A stretch of 64,000 nucleotides of DNA from the human T2T-CHM13v2.0 reference genome, Homo sapiens (GCF_009914755.1 NC_060947.1), one strand, 5' to 3'; shown: positions 26,183 to 39,360, counted from the stretch's first letter. Notes: generated from the letters alone by a model not told the origin. Made by a program: numbers and translations.

Positions 26183-27770
26183 TGTCTTAGATTGAGTTCC
26201 CTAGAAGCACAATCTGTCGCAAGAATTAAGTGCTTCATTGAGGCTGTCAATGGAGAATAGCAGTGGCTATATCTCAGGAGTTTCAGATACAGGCACTACA
26301 GACGTCTTCGTCTCAGAAGTCTATAGGGAAATGAGTGAATCAGGCTAGGGCAGGGAAAGTTACTGGGAAAAAAATAATGTGGTTTCAGTTGGAACCTAGC
26401 TTTATCTTGCTCCCACAGGAAGCTCTGGAGTATGAATTGAGCAGTTTTCTGGGACAGGCTTGTAAGAGTAGATTGTGCACATTTCTTCCCGACTCTATGT
26501 TTACTAGTGTCAGACTTGCAGAATGACATGAGACTTAATGGGAGAATTTACACCACAGGAATTAAGGAAAACTACTGTGATATTGTGATATAATAAGGTA
26601 TACATTTTTGGTGTCTGTCCCATACCCAACCCTGTCCTGGCACAGAGCTCCTAAGACTTTTATAATTTGCTGAGTCATAGCAGCATCTGACACAGAGCTC
26701 CTAAATCCCTTGGAACTTTTGGGGTGATAAGAGCATCTTTTGTTCTAATGAGGCAACTTTTTGTGGGCTCCTGGATAGCCTCAGGATGGGAGCTGGTTGC
26801 CAGGGGAACCATCCATGTGATTAGAGGGTCAGAACTTCAGCCTCACTCCCTGACTTCCAGGGAGGGAAGAGGGCTGAAAATTGAGTTGGTCATCAGTGGC
26901 CAATGATGTAATCAATTATGCCTATGTAATGAAGACTCTATAAAGCCCAAAATGACAGGGTTTGGGAAATTCCAGATAGCTGATCATGTGGAGGTTCCTG
27001 GAGAGTGGCATGCCTGGAGAGGGCATAGAAATACTAAGTCCCTTCTCCTATACCTCATCTATGCATCTCTTCTATTTGACTGTTCATCTGCATCCTTTGT
27101 ATCAATCCTTATAATAAATGATTAAACATAAAGTGTTTATCTAAGCCCTGTGAGCCACTCTAACAAATTAATCAAACCCCCAAAAGGGGTCATGGGAACC
27201 CCAATTTAAAGCCTGTTGGTGAGAGATACAGGTCACAACTTGGGACTCGTGATTAGCGCCTTAGGTGAGGGGCAGTCTTATGGGACTGAGTCCTTAACTT
27301 GTGGTATCTGACATTACCTCCAGGTCGATAGTGTCGTAATTGAATTGGATTATAGGACACCCAGCTAATATCTGCTACAGAACTGCCTGATGTGTGGGAA
27401 AACTCCCTGCACTTCTGGTGTTAGAAGAGCTGTGTTGAGTGAACAGAGAGTGAGAGTAGGAAAACAAACAATTACAAATCAGGACTTTTTGTTTTAAGTG
27501 TCAGTTTACCAGAACACTACTGCAGGAAATTCACCATAGAATAAGTCTGGCCTTGAGGGGAGCTATGAATCAGTTGGTCAGTTCGTCATTGGCTGCAGGA
27601 TGCCATCTGAGTTGGTGGCAGGGGGTGCACATCTTTTTGGGTGAGGAAACTCCTTTCCTAAGATAATCCTTCAGAAAAGGGAGCTGCTCTGAGCAGTTAG
27701 TAGCCAGAAATCACAGCAACGAGAGGATGGCAAAGGGGATCTGAGTGGGCCACTAACAGCAACTACTACA
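26183..27770 (-). mobile_element. LTR16-family LTR split in two (26183-~26450 and ~27530-27770)
   Basis: TGTCTTAGATTGAGTTCCCTAGAAGCA start, GTCATTGGCTGC, and GGGGATCTG...ACTACTACA end: antisense LTR16 features. Confidence 0.7.
26576..27465 (+). mobile_element. MER21B/C-like LTR
   Basis: TGTGATATTGTGATAT start, duplicated CACAGAGCTCCTAA, GGCCAATGATGTAATCAAT, GGGGCAGTCTTATGGGACTGAG. The 3' boundary is uncertain (27465-27516). Confidence 0.87.
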
Positions 27771-27929
27771 GCCATCTTCCATTTGGAAGGAAAGGCAAGT
27801 TGAATAAGCTCACAAAATTCCTTCAAGTGAAATCAGAAAAAGTGATCCACATAGTGGTGGGAGAAAATTTATGAAGGTCAGGTGTCCCTTCCCACAAAGA
27901 TAGGAAGGTGAAAACCTAACACAAGAAGT

Positions 27930-28335
27930 CATACATAGACAGACACCTCTCGCGCATCACTTCAAATCCTCTCAGCTCCACCTCTCATGCCAGCACCTAC
28001 CAGAGTGACCAGTTCACACATGAATAGGTGCTCTCAGTTTCTTAAAGGTGTAGCCTGACAGTGCCTTGCCTTGGGCCAGCACCTTGAATCTTGTGCTTCC
28101 TACTCCAGAGCTTCTCTGATGCCGAAGCATGAAGTACCCATTGAAACCTGTTCATACTTAAGCTTGCACAACCCAATTGTATGAAAGAATTGATGCCTGG
28201 TACACCAACTCCTGACTCATGAAGGACGAGTGTTTATCCCTTTCTCTTTTTTGTTAGATAATTCTGAGGTGCATTTCATAAGGCTCCTTGGAGGGTTTCT
28301 TCAAGATCAAACACTTGCCATGTAATGGTAGGAAA
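27930..28335 (+). mobile_element. Degenerate ERVL LTR fragment (LTR16-group-like)
   Basis: ATAATTCTGAGGTGCATTTC...GGAGGGT and upstream similarity. Highly diverged. Confidence 0.45.
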
Positions 28336-30044
28336 CATGCTGGCAAATTTTCAAAAATTTTTCCAATACTCAAACTGCAAGGTAATGGGTACTCTATTCA
28401 GGCAGTTGAAAAGGGGAAACAAAGGAGATGCTTCCTTGAACATGGGGCGTGGTGAGGGCTTTAAGGGAAAACAGACAAAAGCAGCAGAGCACAGCTAAGT
28501 TGTTTTTCTTCGTGATGTTGCCCATTTCAGGCCATTTAGTCCTAGTCTCAGAAGTGTTGACTGAATGAAGGGACTGAGAGAGAGTGAGTTAGTCGCTCTG
28601 GAGCAGAGCACAGGGGTCAGCTTATATTCAGAGCAGAGAATTTTCTATTTCTCTGCATCACTTTATATGGGCTCTCCCTCCTTCCCTGTTTTTCTCTCTT
28701 TGTCCCCTAGTTCCTGCCCTCTGAGTATAAACGACCTCCACAAGCCTTTGTTTCAATCTCAGCCTCTGCTTATAGGGAAAATTCATGCTAAGGCAAGAGG
28801 TGATAGTAATCCATTTCTACTCTACATTCAAAGAATTCAGATACATCAGTGTTATATCCTCCCTCAGATACCCAGCAATCAACCAAGATGGTTACATTTT
28901 AACTGCCCTATGTATTAAATAAACAATTCTAATTAATCAATTTACTATCAGAGTTAAAATAGTGTAGTTTGCTGTGTCATATTAAAATAGAAACTGTCAT
29001 TTATGAAACTACTTCTTAATTATTGCATGAATTCTGTTTTAACATGATAGATTCTTATCTTTCATTTTTCTGCTTTTATAGAGGTTGTATGGAGGAATTC
29101 AATTTTTAAATCCTTTGAGCTTCTGAGTTGAAAAGAGAAAGATGGAAGATATTTTTATTACTATTTTAATGGATTCAGGAAAAAATAAAGCAAATAAGTT
29201 AAAACAAACAAATATACCCTCCGAAATACTACCAGCTAAGAATATCTAACAGCAAGAAGATATCTGTTGCCTCTTGCTACTGAAATATGCATTCACTTCT
29301 TTCTTCTTTATTACTTATTTGATTCTTTAGTTGATGTGGGAGAGAGGATGTAGACGATATTGAAAAAATACCTGCAGCATTAGTTAAAACAACGCTCTTA
29401 CAAATATCTTGATGATAAAGATTACTGTTTCACTCTATCAACTTGTAGTTGTCATCACTTCAATCAAATTGCATCAGTATAACATCCCATTTGGCAGTCC
29501 TAAAAACAAGTACAGGGTAAATGTCTTTTGGAAGTATGAGGAGGAGATGGATTAAGGAAATGGCTTTAGGGCTTTGCTTACATGTAGAAAAGAATATCAT
29601 TTCCAGCTTGCTTGGTGTTCCTGATCCTACATAAGAATAAAAGCTAGTGATGCTAATGGTTGAATTCGCAGCACAATTAGCAAATACCCTTAGACCAAAT
29701 CCACAGTTGTTGAAAGCTTTTTCTACAAAAAAAATGTCATTTTCAATTTTCACCTGATCTTATTTTTGCCCTTTAAAAGCCTTTTTAACTATTGCTAATT
29801 ATTTAATGAATGAGACAGGGCTTGTGATTGTTTCTGTAACATTGGCAATATTAATTTTCCTGTCAGAAAATCTGTCCAAATATCTTTTGTTTAATAAATG
29901 GTGCTTACTTATTAATAAAAAGTAGATTTTTTTCTTTTATTAGTTCTTTCGATGTTTTGCTTCAATTAAAATGGTGCTATTTGTCAGCAGAGGTTTACTT
30001 TTCTGTGGCAGCCTGACAGAAACTGGTTAGTTCTTTCCACCACT

Positions 30045-30280
30045 GTTAGTGTAGCACAGTGCCTCTAGAGTCAGACAGACCTGGGCTCCAAACCTAACCC
30101 TGCCACTTCCCAGTGAATAGTTTTGACCCAATGACCTCTCAAGGCTTCATTTTTCTCGTTCATAAATGCTAATGATATTAGTAATTATTTCAGAGAGTAC
30201 TAATATCACTAATCATAGTGTTAAGCACTAATATTGTCAGGCATGTACTAAGAGCTTATAACAGTCATATCTATTTTTAT
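30045..30280. mobile_element. MIR fragments (sense then antisense)
   Basis: CTCTAGAGTCAGACAGACCTGGG head, then an antisense AAGCACT...TGTCAGGCA...TACTAAGAGCTT piece. Confidence 0.7.
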
Positions 30281-30855
30281 TAACATATGATTCAGCCTCC
30301 TGCTTTTTCAATGAAAGTATAATTCTACAACAATTTCCTTACACGATCTATACTGAACTGTGGAATGTTATGCTATTATTTTAAAATAAAGTGAAGGCAT
30401 TAGTTTGTATTATTTTAACAACAACTATGGAACATCTACAATGAGCTAGGTGCTGGGGCTACAGCAAGGAAGCTCTAAATGAACTATTAAAAAAATCATA
30501 TAAAACTTGATAATATAACAAATTATTGAATTATATAGCTTATTTTATTTATAAAATATTTATTTCTAATGACATAGAAATGCATACATCTATTCATATT
30601 TACTTAGAAAATTAGTAAAATCCTTAAAATTGCAAAAATGAAAATATAAATCACCTCTAGTCTTTCTACTCATACATGTGTGTATATACACATACATACA
30701 TACATGTGTATATAATATGTGCAATTAATATCTTGTACACCTTTCTAGTCTTTTCCACTTTACATGTATTCAATGTTTATTTTTGTCAATTGTGAGCATA
30801 TCATGCATACTGTTTGGTAAACTATTATTTTTATTTAAAATATATGATGAGAGAG

Positions 30856-31128
30856 GGCTGCGTGCAGTAGCTCATGCCTATAATCCTAGCACTTTGGGAG
30901 GCTGAGGTGGGAGGATTACTTGAGCCCAGGAGTTCAAGACCAGCCTGGCCAACAAAGCAAGCAAGGCTCCATCTATACAGACACATGCCTGTAGCCCCAA
31001 CTACCTGGGAGGCTGAGGCGGGAGGACCACTTGAGCCTAGGAGGTTGAGGACACAGTGAGTTGTGATCTTGCCACTGCACTCTACCCTGAATGATAGAGT
31101 GAAACCCTGTCTCCAAAAAACAAACAAA
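30856..31128 (+). mobile_element. AluJ with central deletion
   Basis: GGAGGATTACTTGAGCCCAGGAG J diagnostics. A-rich linker and right-arm start are missing. Confidence 0.9.
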
Positions 31129-31214
31129 TCTCTCTCTCTATATATATATATATGTGTGTGTGTGTGTTTGGTGTGTGTGTATGTATGTATATATGTGTGT
31201 ATATATATATACAC
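31129..31214. repeat. Compound (TC)n(TA)n(TG)n microsatellite
   Basis: Directly visible after the Alu tail. Confidence 0.95.
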
Positions 31215-31736
31215 AATGAATCGTTTCCCTTGATCTAAAAAAAATACTCTTCTATAACTATCCTTATTTAGGATAATTTTTGAATCCTACATACTAGAAC
31301 AGTATAGACATGCATCATAATTTATTTTACCAATCCCCTATAGTAAGCACTTTTATTGTTTTTTAACATTTCCTTAATATACATACTGCCATGACAAACT
31401 TCAACACTGTCATGTGCCATTTTATTCAGCAGATCAGTACACCGAAAAAATATCAGCCATCAGAAGGTTACATCCTCATCATCCTGTCAGCAGCTCTATA
31501 ACTTACCTGTATCCCAACTTGTTATTTCCTTCTTTTCTAAGTGCTCTAGAGTCTACCTCCTTCTGCATTTTCAGAGAACATGTTCTTTGATTAGTCCTCT
31601 TTCCTGTATGTAAACTTTTCTTCCCTCTCTCTAGGTCACTCCCATCAACATTTCATCATACTTAAATCTTTACAGTCTGAAAAAAAATAAGTAGAAAAAA
31701 ACTTCATTGACTCACGTCTGCCTCCTTTTCTCTCCT

Positions 31737-32090
31737 TGCTGTGGTTTGAATGTCCCCTCTGAAACTCATGTTGAAATTTGCTATTGTGATGGCATTAAGA
31801 GGTGAGACATTTAAGAGGTGATTCGGAGAGCTCTGCCCTCATGAATGGATTAATGCCATTATCCATGAGAGTGGGATAGTTATTAGGGCAGTTTGGCATC
31901 CTTTTTCTCTCTTGCTCATACACTGTCTTGCCACATAGTGCCTTCTGCCATGGGATGGCCTTCACCAGATTCTGGTGCCATGCTCTCCTATGTCCCAGCC
32001 TCTAAAAAAGTGAGCCAAATGAACTTCTATTCTTTTTGAATTGCTTGGTCAGTGGTATTCTGCTATAGCAACAGAAAACAGACTAAGACA
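31737..32090 (+). mobile_element. MST-family MaLR solo LTR (MSTB/MSTC-like)
   Basis: TGCTGTGGTTTGAATGTCCCC...GCCCTCATGAATGGATTAATG...CAGACTAAGACA. Confidence 0.88.
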
Positions 32091-32189
32091 TTCCCCAATT
32101 TCTTGGACAAAAATTTTAGAAGATATGTAACTGTTGTCTTAACTGCTCTAAACAGAAACTTGGGAAGTTTTTTGTTTGTTTTTGAAACC

Positions 32190-33032
32190 TCCTTCTGCCT
32201 CATACCCATATTTCATCAATCAGAATGCATTATCAATTTTATCATCTACATAAATCTCTAATCACTTTACTTACTTCCTTTTCTACTGTTTTAGTTCAAA
32301 CGTTTGATATTTCTTGCCTGGACCACTGCAGGCCTGGATCCTAACAAGTATACTTTTACCTACTCCACTTCTCTTTAAATTGTTTCTACCAACAGAATAA
32401 GCTTTTCAATTGCAAGCCTGATTATATTAGCCCTTCCTTCTCCCCCTCTCCCAAGACAGATGCACACACTTAAACCCCTTCAATGGCTTCCCACTGCTTT
32501 TCAGATAAAAACCAAATATTTAGCTTAATAAGCAAGAGCCTGACTTGAGCTGACCCTGTCCCACTTCTCTTAGACCTGGTTCTTACCAAGCTCCCCCTCA
32601 TTCCCTATACCCCAGACACACTGCCATTCTTTTAATTCCATGGACAAGCAATTTTTTCTCTGTCCCAGGTCTTTGTAGATGCTCTCTCTTCCACCCAGAA
32701 CCCTATTTACCCCAGTATCCTCACTCTCCAATGTAACTTTCTACATATGTTACATTTATTTCATATGTCATTGCCACAGAAGAAAAAACCTTCCAGGTCA
32801 CAGGCCCTTACTACGTATGTACTCATACATAATAATTTCTCTTGTTAGAGCTGCAAGTTAATAATTATTAACATGATTGTTTTATTGATATCTATCTTGA
32901 TCATGAGATGGCAAGCTTCATGAAAATGAGGACAATATTTGTACTTACCATTGCATCTGTAATATCTAACACAATGCCAGGCTACAGACAGAATCTCAAC
33001 AAATACATCTGTTGCATAAAAGAATGAATGAA
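32190..33032 (+). mobile_element. L2 3' segment
   Basis: CCTTCAATGGCTTCCCA...GATAAAA core. Ends in GAATGAATGAA. Confidence 0.78.
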
Positions 33033-33039
33033 CACAAAT

Positions 33040-34447
33040 CGGTCTTATACTTCATTGTATCACTAAAATGACTCTTCTTAAAGATGCTAATGACCTGTTG
33101 CTAAATCTGACAGATATTTTAAAATTTTTATTTCACTTGGTTGCTCAGCAGCATATGAGATTTATTTTTTTGACTAGTGCTTCCTGAAAAATGTTCTTTC
33201 TTTGCTTTCCAAGACAATGAATGTCCTGAACTTCTGTGTTTATTCATTCTCAGAGTCTTTACCTGTCTCCTCTTTCTCTGTTCATTACTTGAATGTTAAT
33301 GATCTATTATTTTCTTGATTCTTTGTCTTGTGAGAGAATATAAATTAATAGTAAAATCATCTTCTTTCATTGCTGCAATTAATATGCAAGTGCTGATGAC
33401 TCTCAAATCTACATCTCCAACCCAAATCTCTTCCCTGACCTTTGGACATGTGTATCTGATGCCCTATTGTACAACTTTACATGGGTACCTTCAAAGTACC
33501 TTTAACATATCATGTGTAACATTCATTTCTTTGCATTCCACACACAAACCTGCTCTTCAGCATTCCCTATCTCAATGAATGACACCGTTATCCAACCAGT
33601 TTATTAAGTTAGAAAGCTGGTAGTCATATACAATTTCTTCATTTCTTCTTACAGTACATCAAAACAGTATCCAAGCCCTGTTAGATTTATCAGTTGAAAC
33701 CCCTGTTGACCTCATCCATTTCTCACTATCTCCACTACCACTACCTTAGTTTAGGCCACCAGGATTTTTGCCCAGATTACTGCACAAGTGTCTTAATTAT
33801 TCTCCCTGACTCCAGTTTTACCCTCTTGAATCTATTCTCATTTTTTATAGTTAGAGTCATCTTATTTAGCCAAACATTTATCATGCTACTCCCCTGTTTG
33901 AAAAATGTCTTCATTGGTCTTAGGATAAAACCATAGCTCCTTTGTGAAATTTATCAGATCTGTTCTATTTCTTGAGCTACATCTTTTGCCTTATTCTACT
34001 GGTACTCTATTTTTCAGCCATGCTGAGCTTCCTTTCCATCTGTTAACATGTCATGCACTGTCTCACCTCAAAGCCTTCACTCACGAGCTTCTCTTCTGCT
34101 TGCAGTATCCTCCACCCACTTTTTACCTAGCTAACCCCTACTCGTTCTTCAAATCTCTATTTAAAATTACTTCTTCTAGAGAGCTTTTCCTGACCCTCAC
34201 TGCCATCCCACTCTAGGTTACGTACTGCTCTTCTATGTTTCCATAGCTTGCTATATTTCTCCTATATTACCATTTATTATACCTTACTCTGATTATATTT
34301 GTTTACTCATCTGTCTCTCCCAGTATATTATAAGCTCTGGTGATGGAAGGAATTATGTCTCTTTTGATAACTTTCATATCCCCAGCAACCCAGTACAGTC
34401 CCAAGCACAATGTAGATGCATAATACAATAGTGACTGAGTGAATGAA
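33040..34447 (+). mobile_element. L2 3' segment (probably continuing 31440-32150)
   Basis: GCTGATGACTCTCAAATCTACATCTCCA (L2 RT ADD motif region). Ends GAGTGAATGAA. Confidence 0.8.
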
Positions 34448-35709
34448 GTTCTCCCAATTTAAGATTTTTATAAGTATATTTTAGAATAGCAGAGTAAATT
34501 AGAATTATGAAGATAAATTTTACATGTATTTTTATCTTTTGGTATCAACACATCCAGTTTTTAGATAACAAGGGTCAGGGAACAGGTTTGCACAGGCTCC
34601 AATATAGAGCTATATTCATGTAGATAGTTAAATGCTTTGTGATCTTGCACAAAAACTTATCGTTTGGAGACCTTAATTTACTTGTCTGAAAAAAAGGTGG
34701 AAATGTTTAATCTCTAATGTTACACATGAAGTATGATTATATGAAATCACAAGTATGTTGATATTCCTCAAAAACAGTTATAACTACAAAACGACAACAC
34801 TGAGTATTTCATAATGGTGTAATAGATTTTTGTGGTGGTAGTGGTGGTAGCAGGGTTTTGATTATTTTGGGAAGCTAAGTGTGATCTATTTAATATTTCT
34901 CCTAGTAGTCTAACTTGACAGCAGATAGAATGGCAAAAGCAGCCTAGTTAGGTGATACTGTAAGTCAGATTTCTGAACCATAAACCACAGGTGCTGAGAA
35001 GCAACTTTAATAAAGAAAATGTAGGAGGACACAAATTTAGCAGCCGTGGGGCTAAATAATGCAAAGATAGCTAAATTGGAGAAAGATGAATGATGTCAAA
35101 GTGGTAAAAACCAAGAGACCAGGTATTGCTACACAGCTGTGGCTTTTGTTTAAAAATGGCTGTCTGCTTTCAGTAGCTGTTGAGGCATAGGAAGTACAAA
35201 ATCTCCCTCACTGAGGCAATATATCAGATGCCCAAATCTCTTCCTCATCAGTCAAGCTTGTTGGCCTTTGACTCTGCACAATCTTTTTGACACTGTTATC
35301 AATGATACTTCAGAAACATCTGCTCCAGAGCTGTCTGTTACTGCGATGGCAGACAGCAAATCTAATGGCACCAAAAGAGAATGACAAGAGACCCATTAAT
35401 GTGTAGTGGTGGTATGAAACAACACAATAACTCCGATCAGGGCTAGCTGAATCCATCAGCATTTCAATGTCTAGCTAACTTAGTAGCACACGTTTGGAAA
35501 GACTTTAGAGTTCATGATGTCATTGACAAATAAGAAGTCAAAGAAAGAATTAAATTATTGCCTTATACAAAATATATGATGCTGCCTATAAGTCAAAGTA
35601 GGATTAAGTGGAAGGTGACGGTGGGTCATTTGTGGAAAAATTTGATCCTTTTTATTTGTACAGGAAACTTAGAGTAGCAGTTTATATCTAGTGTTCTTTT
35701 TGCCCAATA

Positions 35710-36170
35710 TTCATTTACTCATTCACCCATTGATTCACTCATTCACTGCTTCATTTATTTGACAAACATTTGAGTTTTTACTCTTCTAGGTCTGAGGATA
35801 TTATTATTGTTCATAATAAAACAGACAAAAATCCTTCCCTTCATGAAGCTTAAAATCTAGTAGCCCAAGAAAAATAAAAACAAACAAATAAGATATATAA
35901 TAATAAGTGTTATGAAGAAAGATAAAGTAGGAAACAGGAATTAGGACTAAGTGAGGTGTCTGCAGTTTCAACAGGGAGGCCAGAGAAGGCTTCTTTAATA
36001 AATTGGCACTTGACTAGAGAAGAGGCAAGATAAGAAAGAGAGAAGGAAGAAGTTGGGGAGAACTTCTGAGGTGAGGGAACCGTAATGCAAAGACCCTGAG
36101 GCATGAGTGTGTCTCCAGGTTAGAGCAAGGGCAGAGGCCAGTGTGGCTGAGTAAGAGTGAGAGAGGGAAA
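35710..36170 (-). mobile_element. L2 3' end
   Basis: (CATT)n-like tail, ACAGACAAAAATCCTTCCC, GGCCAGTGTGGCTG. Confidence 0.8.
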
Positions 36171-38133
36171 ATAAAAAAATGATTCCATTCTAACTATCAT
36201 AAAAACACTTTCATTCTCTACTTTGAGATCTTCCTAGCTGAGAATAATATTTAAAAGGCAATACTCCCTAAAATAACATTCTAAACTATCCTCTTCCAGA
36301 TGCTTGTTGGCAAAGGCAAGTATGTTTTAGGATGCTATTAGGGATGAACTCTCCTGAAGATGAGAGTTTCTATATGTAGATGCAAGTCAAGTTCACCATT
36401 GGTGAGACAATGTGTGAGCAAATTTCTTGTTTGGTGAAATCACATTAGCAAGATTTCTTGTCTCTTTCTCCCTGTTTCTGTTGAAGAGATTTGAAAGAAT
36501 CAATCTGAGGACTATGGGAACTGACAGAAGCACCAGGCTTGTGCAGTAGGCCTTTCATCGAAAGAAATGTGCAGGATACCAACCTTTTACATGGGAAGTA
36601 GCTGTATTTTGTTTCCCCAAAGACCTCTGGCACAGACCCTGTGTGTTGGAGATGGGGGAGTGGGAGGTGAAGGGGGCAAAGGCAGGATAATTATGGAAGG
36701 AGGATGATGTTTCTATGGCGATCCAAGGACTGGAAGCATTCGTATCTTCCCTTACTCAAATGTATTGATGATTGTGGGAATCCAAAGTCAGTGTTAGTTT
36801 ATTAGTTTCTTCCTCTCTTTTTTCTTTGGATTTTTATCAGCAGATAAAAATAATATGGTTAGTCTTCATAATAATATTACTTACCTATGCTTTTTTAATT
36901 AGAAAAATATATATGAAATGAGCCTTCTAACAGAGTATATAAAAGAATGATCATGTGAATGAACAGCAGCAACTCAAAATATCAGCTATTTGAAGTTATA
37001 TTGACAAAATTTATATTCCATTCAAGCATTTTAAGGTTAAGATTTTCTATTCAAATGTTTTCTTTTCATTAGAAAAAACAATCTTAGAAACAAGAACCAT
37101 TTTGTAAGCCAAACTTGATTCTACCTCATACTAAGTGATATTCTCAGCCCTCAAGAATCTCTGCAACCCTCTGCCTCTACCCGCTTCAGCTCCTCTTAAT
37201 GCTACTTCTTGGAAATGGAAAAACATAACACCAAGTGTTCATTTTTTTCTGAAAATATATCTTCCTCATTTTAACTGCAAATCGTTTTTTGAAGGCCTGG
37301 AGGATGCTGCATCAGCAATCAAAGAATCAAGAGTGTTAGAAAAACATTTTGTGAAGTACAGTACCAAGTAAAGTGAACACTCAGCAAGCACGTTCTTGCC
37401 TTTGTGTGTCACAGTTTGCCAGCTTGTTATGCACAAATGTGATTCATGTAACTTTCCCACAGTCTGTGTGTGTTTGCAGCAGTACTGCTGGCATTCTAAG
37501 ATAGACTGTGCTACCTATTTTAGACATATGAAAGAAGTAACACATTTGCCTTTGAAAATGTATGGAAAAGCTACATATTCTCTCATCAACATCTGTAAAA
37601 TTTGTTTTGTTCAACAGGGCTTTTATTTCTACTCAATGATCATGAGTCCAGAGATTGATTAGCTTCAAAAATATGTGTCCATGAGTGGGATGCTACTCTC
37701 TTAATTCATTTTCTTCAAATGAGATGAAGGTTAATGCTTTGACTGTGGGAAAAGATATTTTTAGATCTTGTGGTCATCTCAATTTTCATTTAAGCAGCTG
37801 GTAAAGGGACAAACCAGGAATGAAAAAAAAATATTGGCAAGCCAGCAGTTGATAAGGCAATATATGAATATTTACTCTCCTGCTTTTTAATTTTTAGCCT
37901 GTTAATTCTTAGGTGACTGTTTCCTATGTATAACTTGTTGATTCGAGAATTTTGGATTAATAGGAGTGTTGTAAGCATATTCTTGCCACAATCTTTGCAA
38001 GTTACTGGTTAAAAAGATCTTTAAAAACAATTGACTGCAGATACAGTGACATAATATTTGTTTAATGGTGACAAAATTTCTTGCTTGCACAATTTAACTG
38101 GAAAGTCAATACATTTAAACATAGGCCACTGTT

Positions 38134-38460
<327 letters not shown>

Positions 38461-38474
38461 ATAGGCTACTGTGA

Positions 38475-39360
38475 AAATTCACAGTAAAATTTCAGGCTTG
38501 TATATACTCTCTTTAGCATTTTCACTTGGATATTTTACAAAGTGCCCAAATTTGATATGGACAAAACTGAACAAATCAATACCTTTCTCAAACTTTGCTC
38601 TCACTCAAAGGTTTATATTTAAGTATATTCAATAACATAAGCAAGAAAGCTGGGAGTCATCCTTGACTTTTCCCTTTTCACTCACACCCCACAGCTAACT
38701 AATCATAAAAGTCCTGACAATTTTATGTCTAAAATATCTCTTAAATCTCTCAAATGTCTGCCTTTTTCTATCCCACCCCTTAGACCTAGCTGCCATGATT
38801 ACTTACATAAACTGCGGAAATACTCTAAATAGTCATTTCTTTCTAATCAGAATTATCTTTTAAAACCGCATTTTGATCCTGCTATTATCTTTCTTAGAAA
38901 ACTATATTTGCTCCCCTTTCCTCTTAGAATGAAGGCTAAAAACCCTTAGTATGACTCTTCTACCTGTTTTACACTACTCTCCTTTCACTCTTTGAATTAT
39001 AACCATATAAACTTTCTTTGAGCTCCTGCAATGAATTCGATTCCTCCCCACCTCTGGAGCTTCCCACATGCTGTTCCCTCTGCTGGAAATTTTTTGCTCT
39101 CTTTCACTCTTTCAGATCCCAATCTAAAGTAGATTTTCCTGCTATAAAATCTGTAAATATCTCGCACTCCTCTAGAGTGTTGGTTAAATTGTAATTAATT
39201 TATTTTGGAAGTAGTTTTAATAGTCTTTCTCAAGACAATATAAGTTCCAGAAAGGCCAGTACCACTTCTCTCTTTGATGACTCAAATTCTCAAGTACCTA
39301 TGAAACACCATGTATAGTTGTTTAATATGTATTGTTTAATATATTTGTATTGAATGAAAG
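38475..39360 (+). mobile_element. L2 3' segment
   Basis: CTGGGAGTCATCCTTGAC, CACATGCTGTTCCCTCTGCTGGAA. Ends TTGAATGAA. Confidence 0.78.

Noticed and set aside
28565-28918. 117-aa ORF with an ATG start
   Set aside because: No recognisable protein family. It runs through a low-complexity pyrimidine tract and has no promoter or exon context.
29460-29753. 97-aa minus-strand ORF in unique DNA
   Set aside because: Non-ATG start, no recognisable domain, no convincing splice sites, and a length compatible with chance.
36653-36677. G-rich run as a G-quadruplex
   Set aside because: Only three runs of three or more G, so not a canonical G4.
37295-37371. Protein-looking peptide GLEDAASAIKESRVLEKHFVKYSTK as a possible coding exon
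   Set aside because: Weak acceptor and donor (CAA|GTAAAG), no recognised homologue, and no partner exons.
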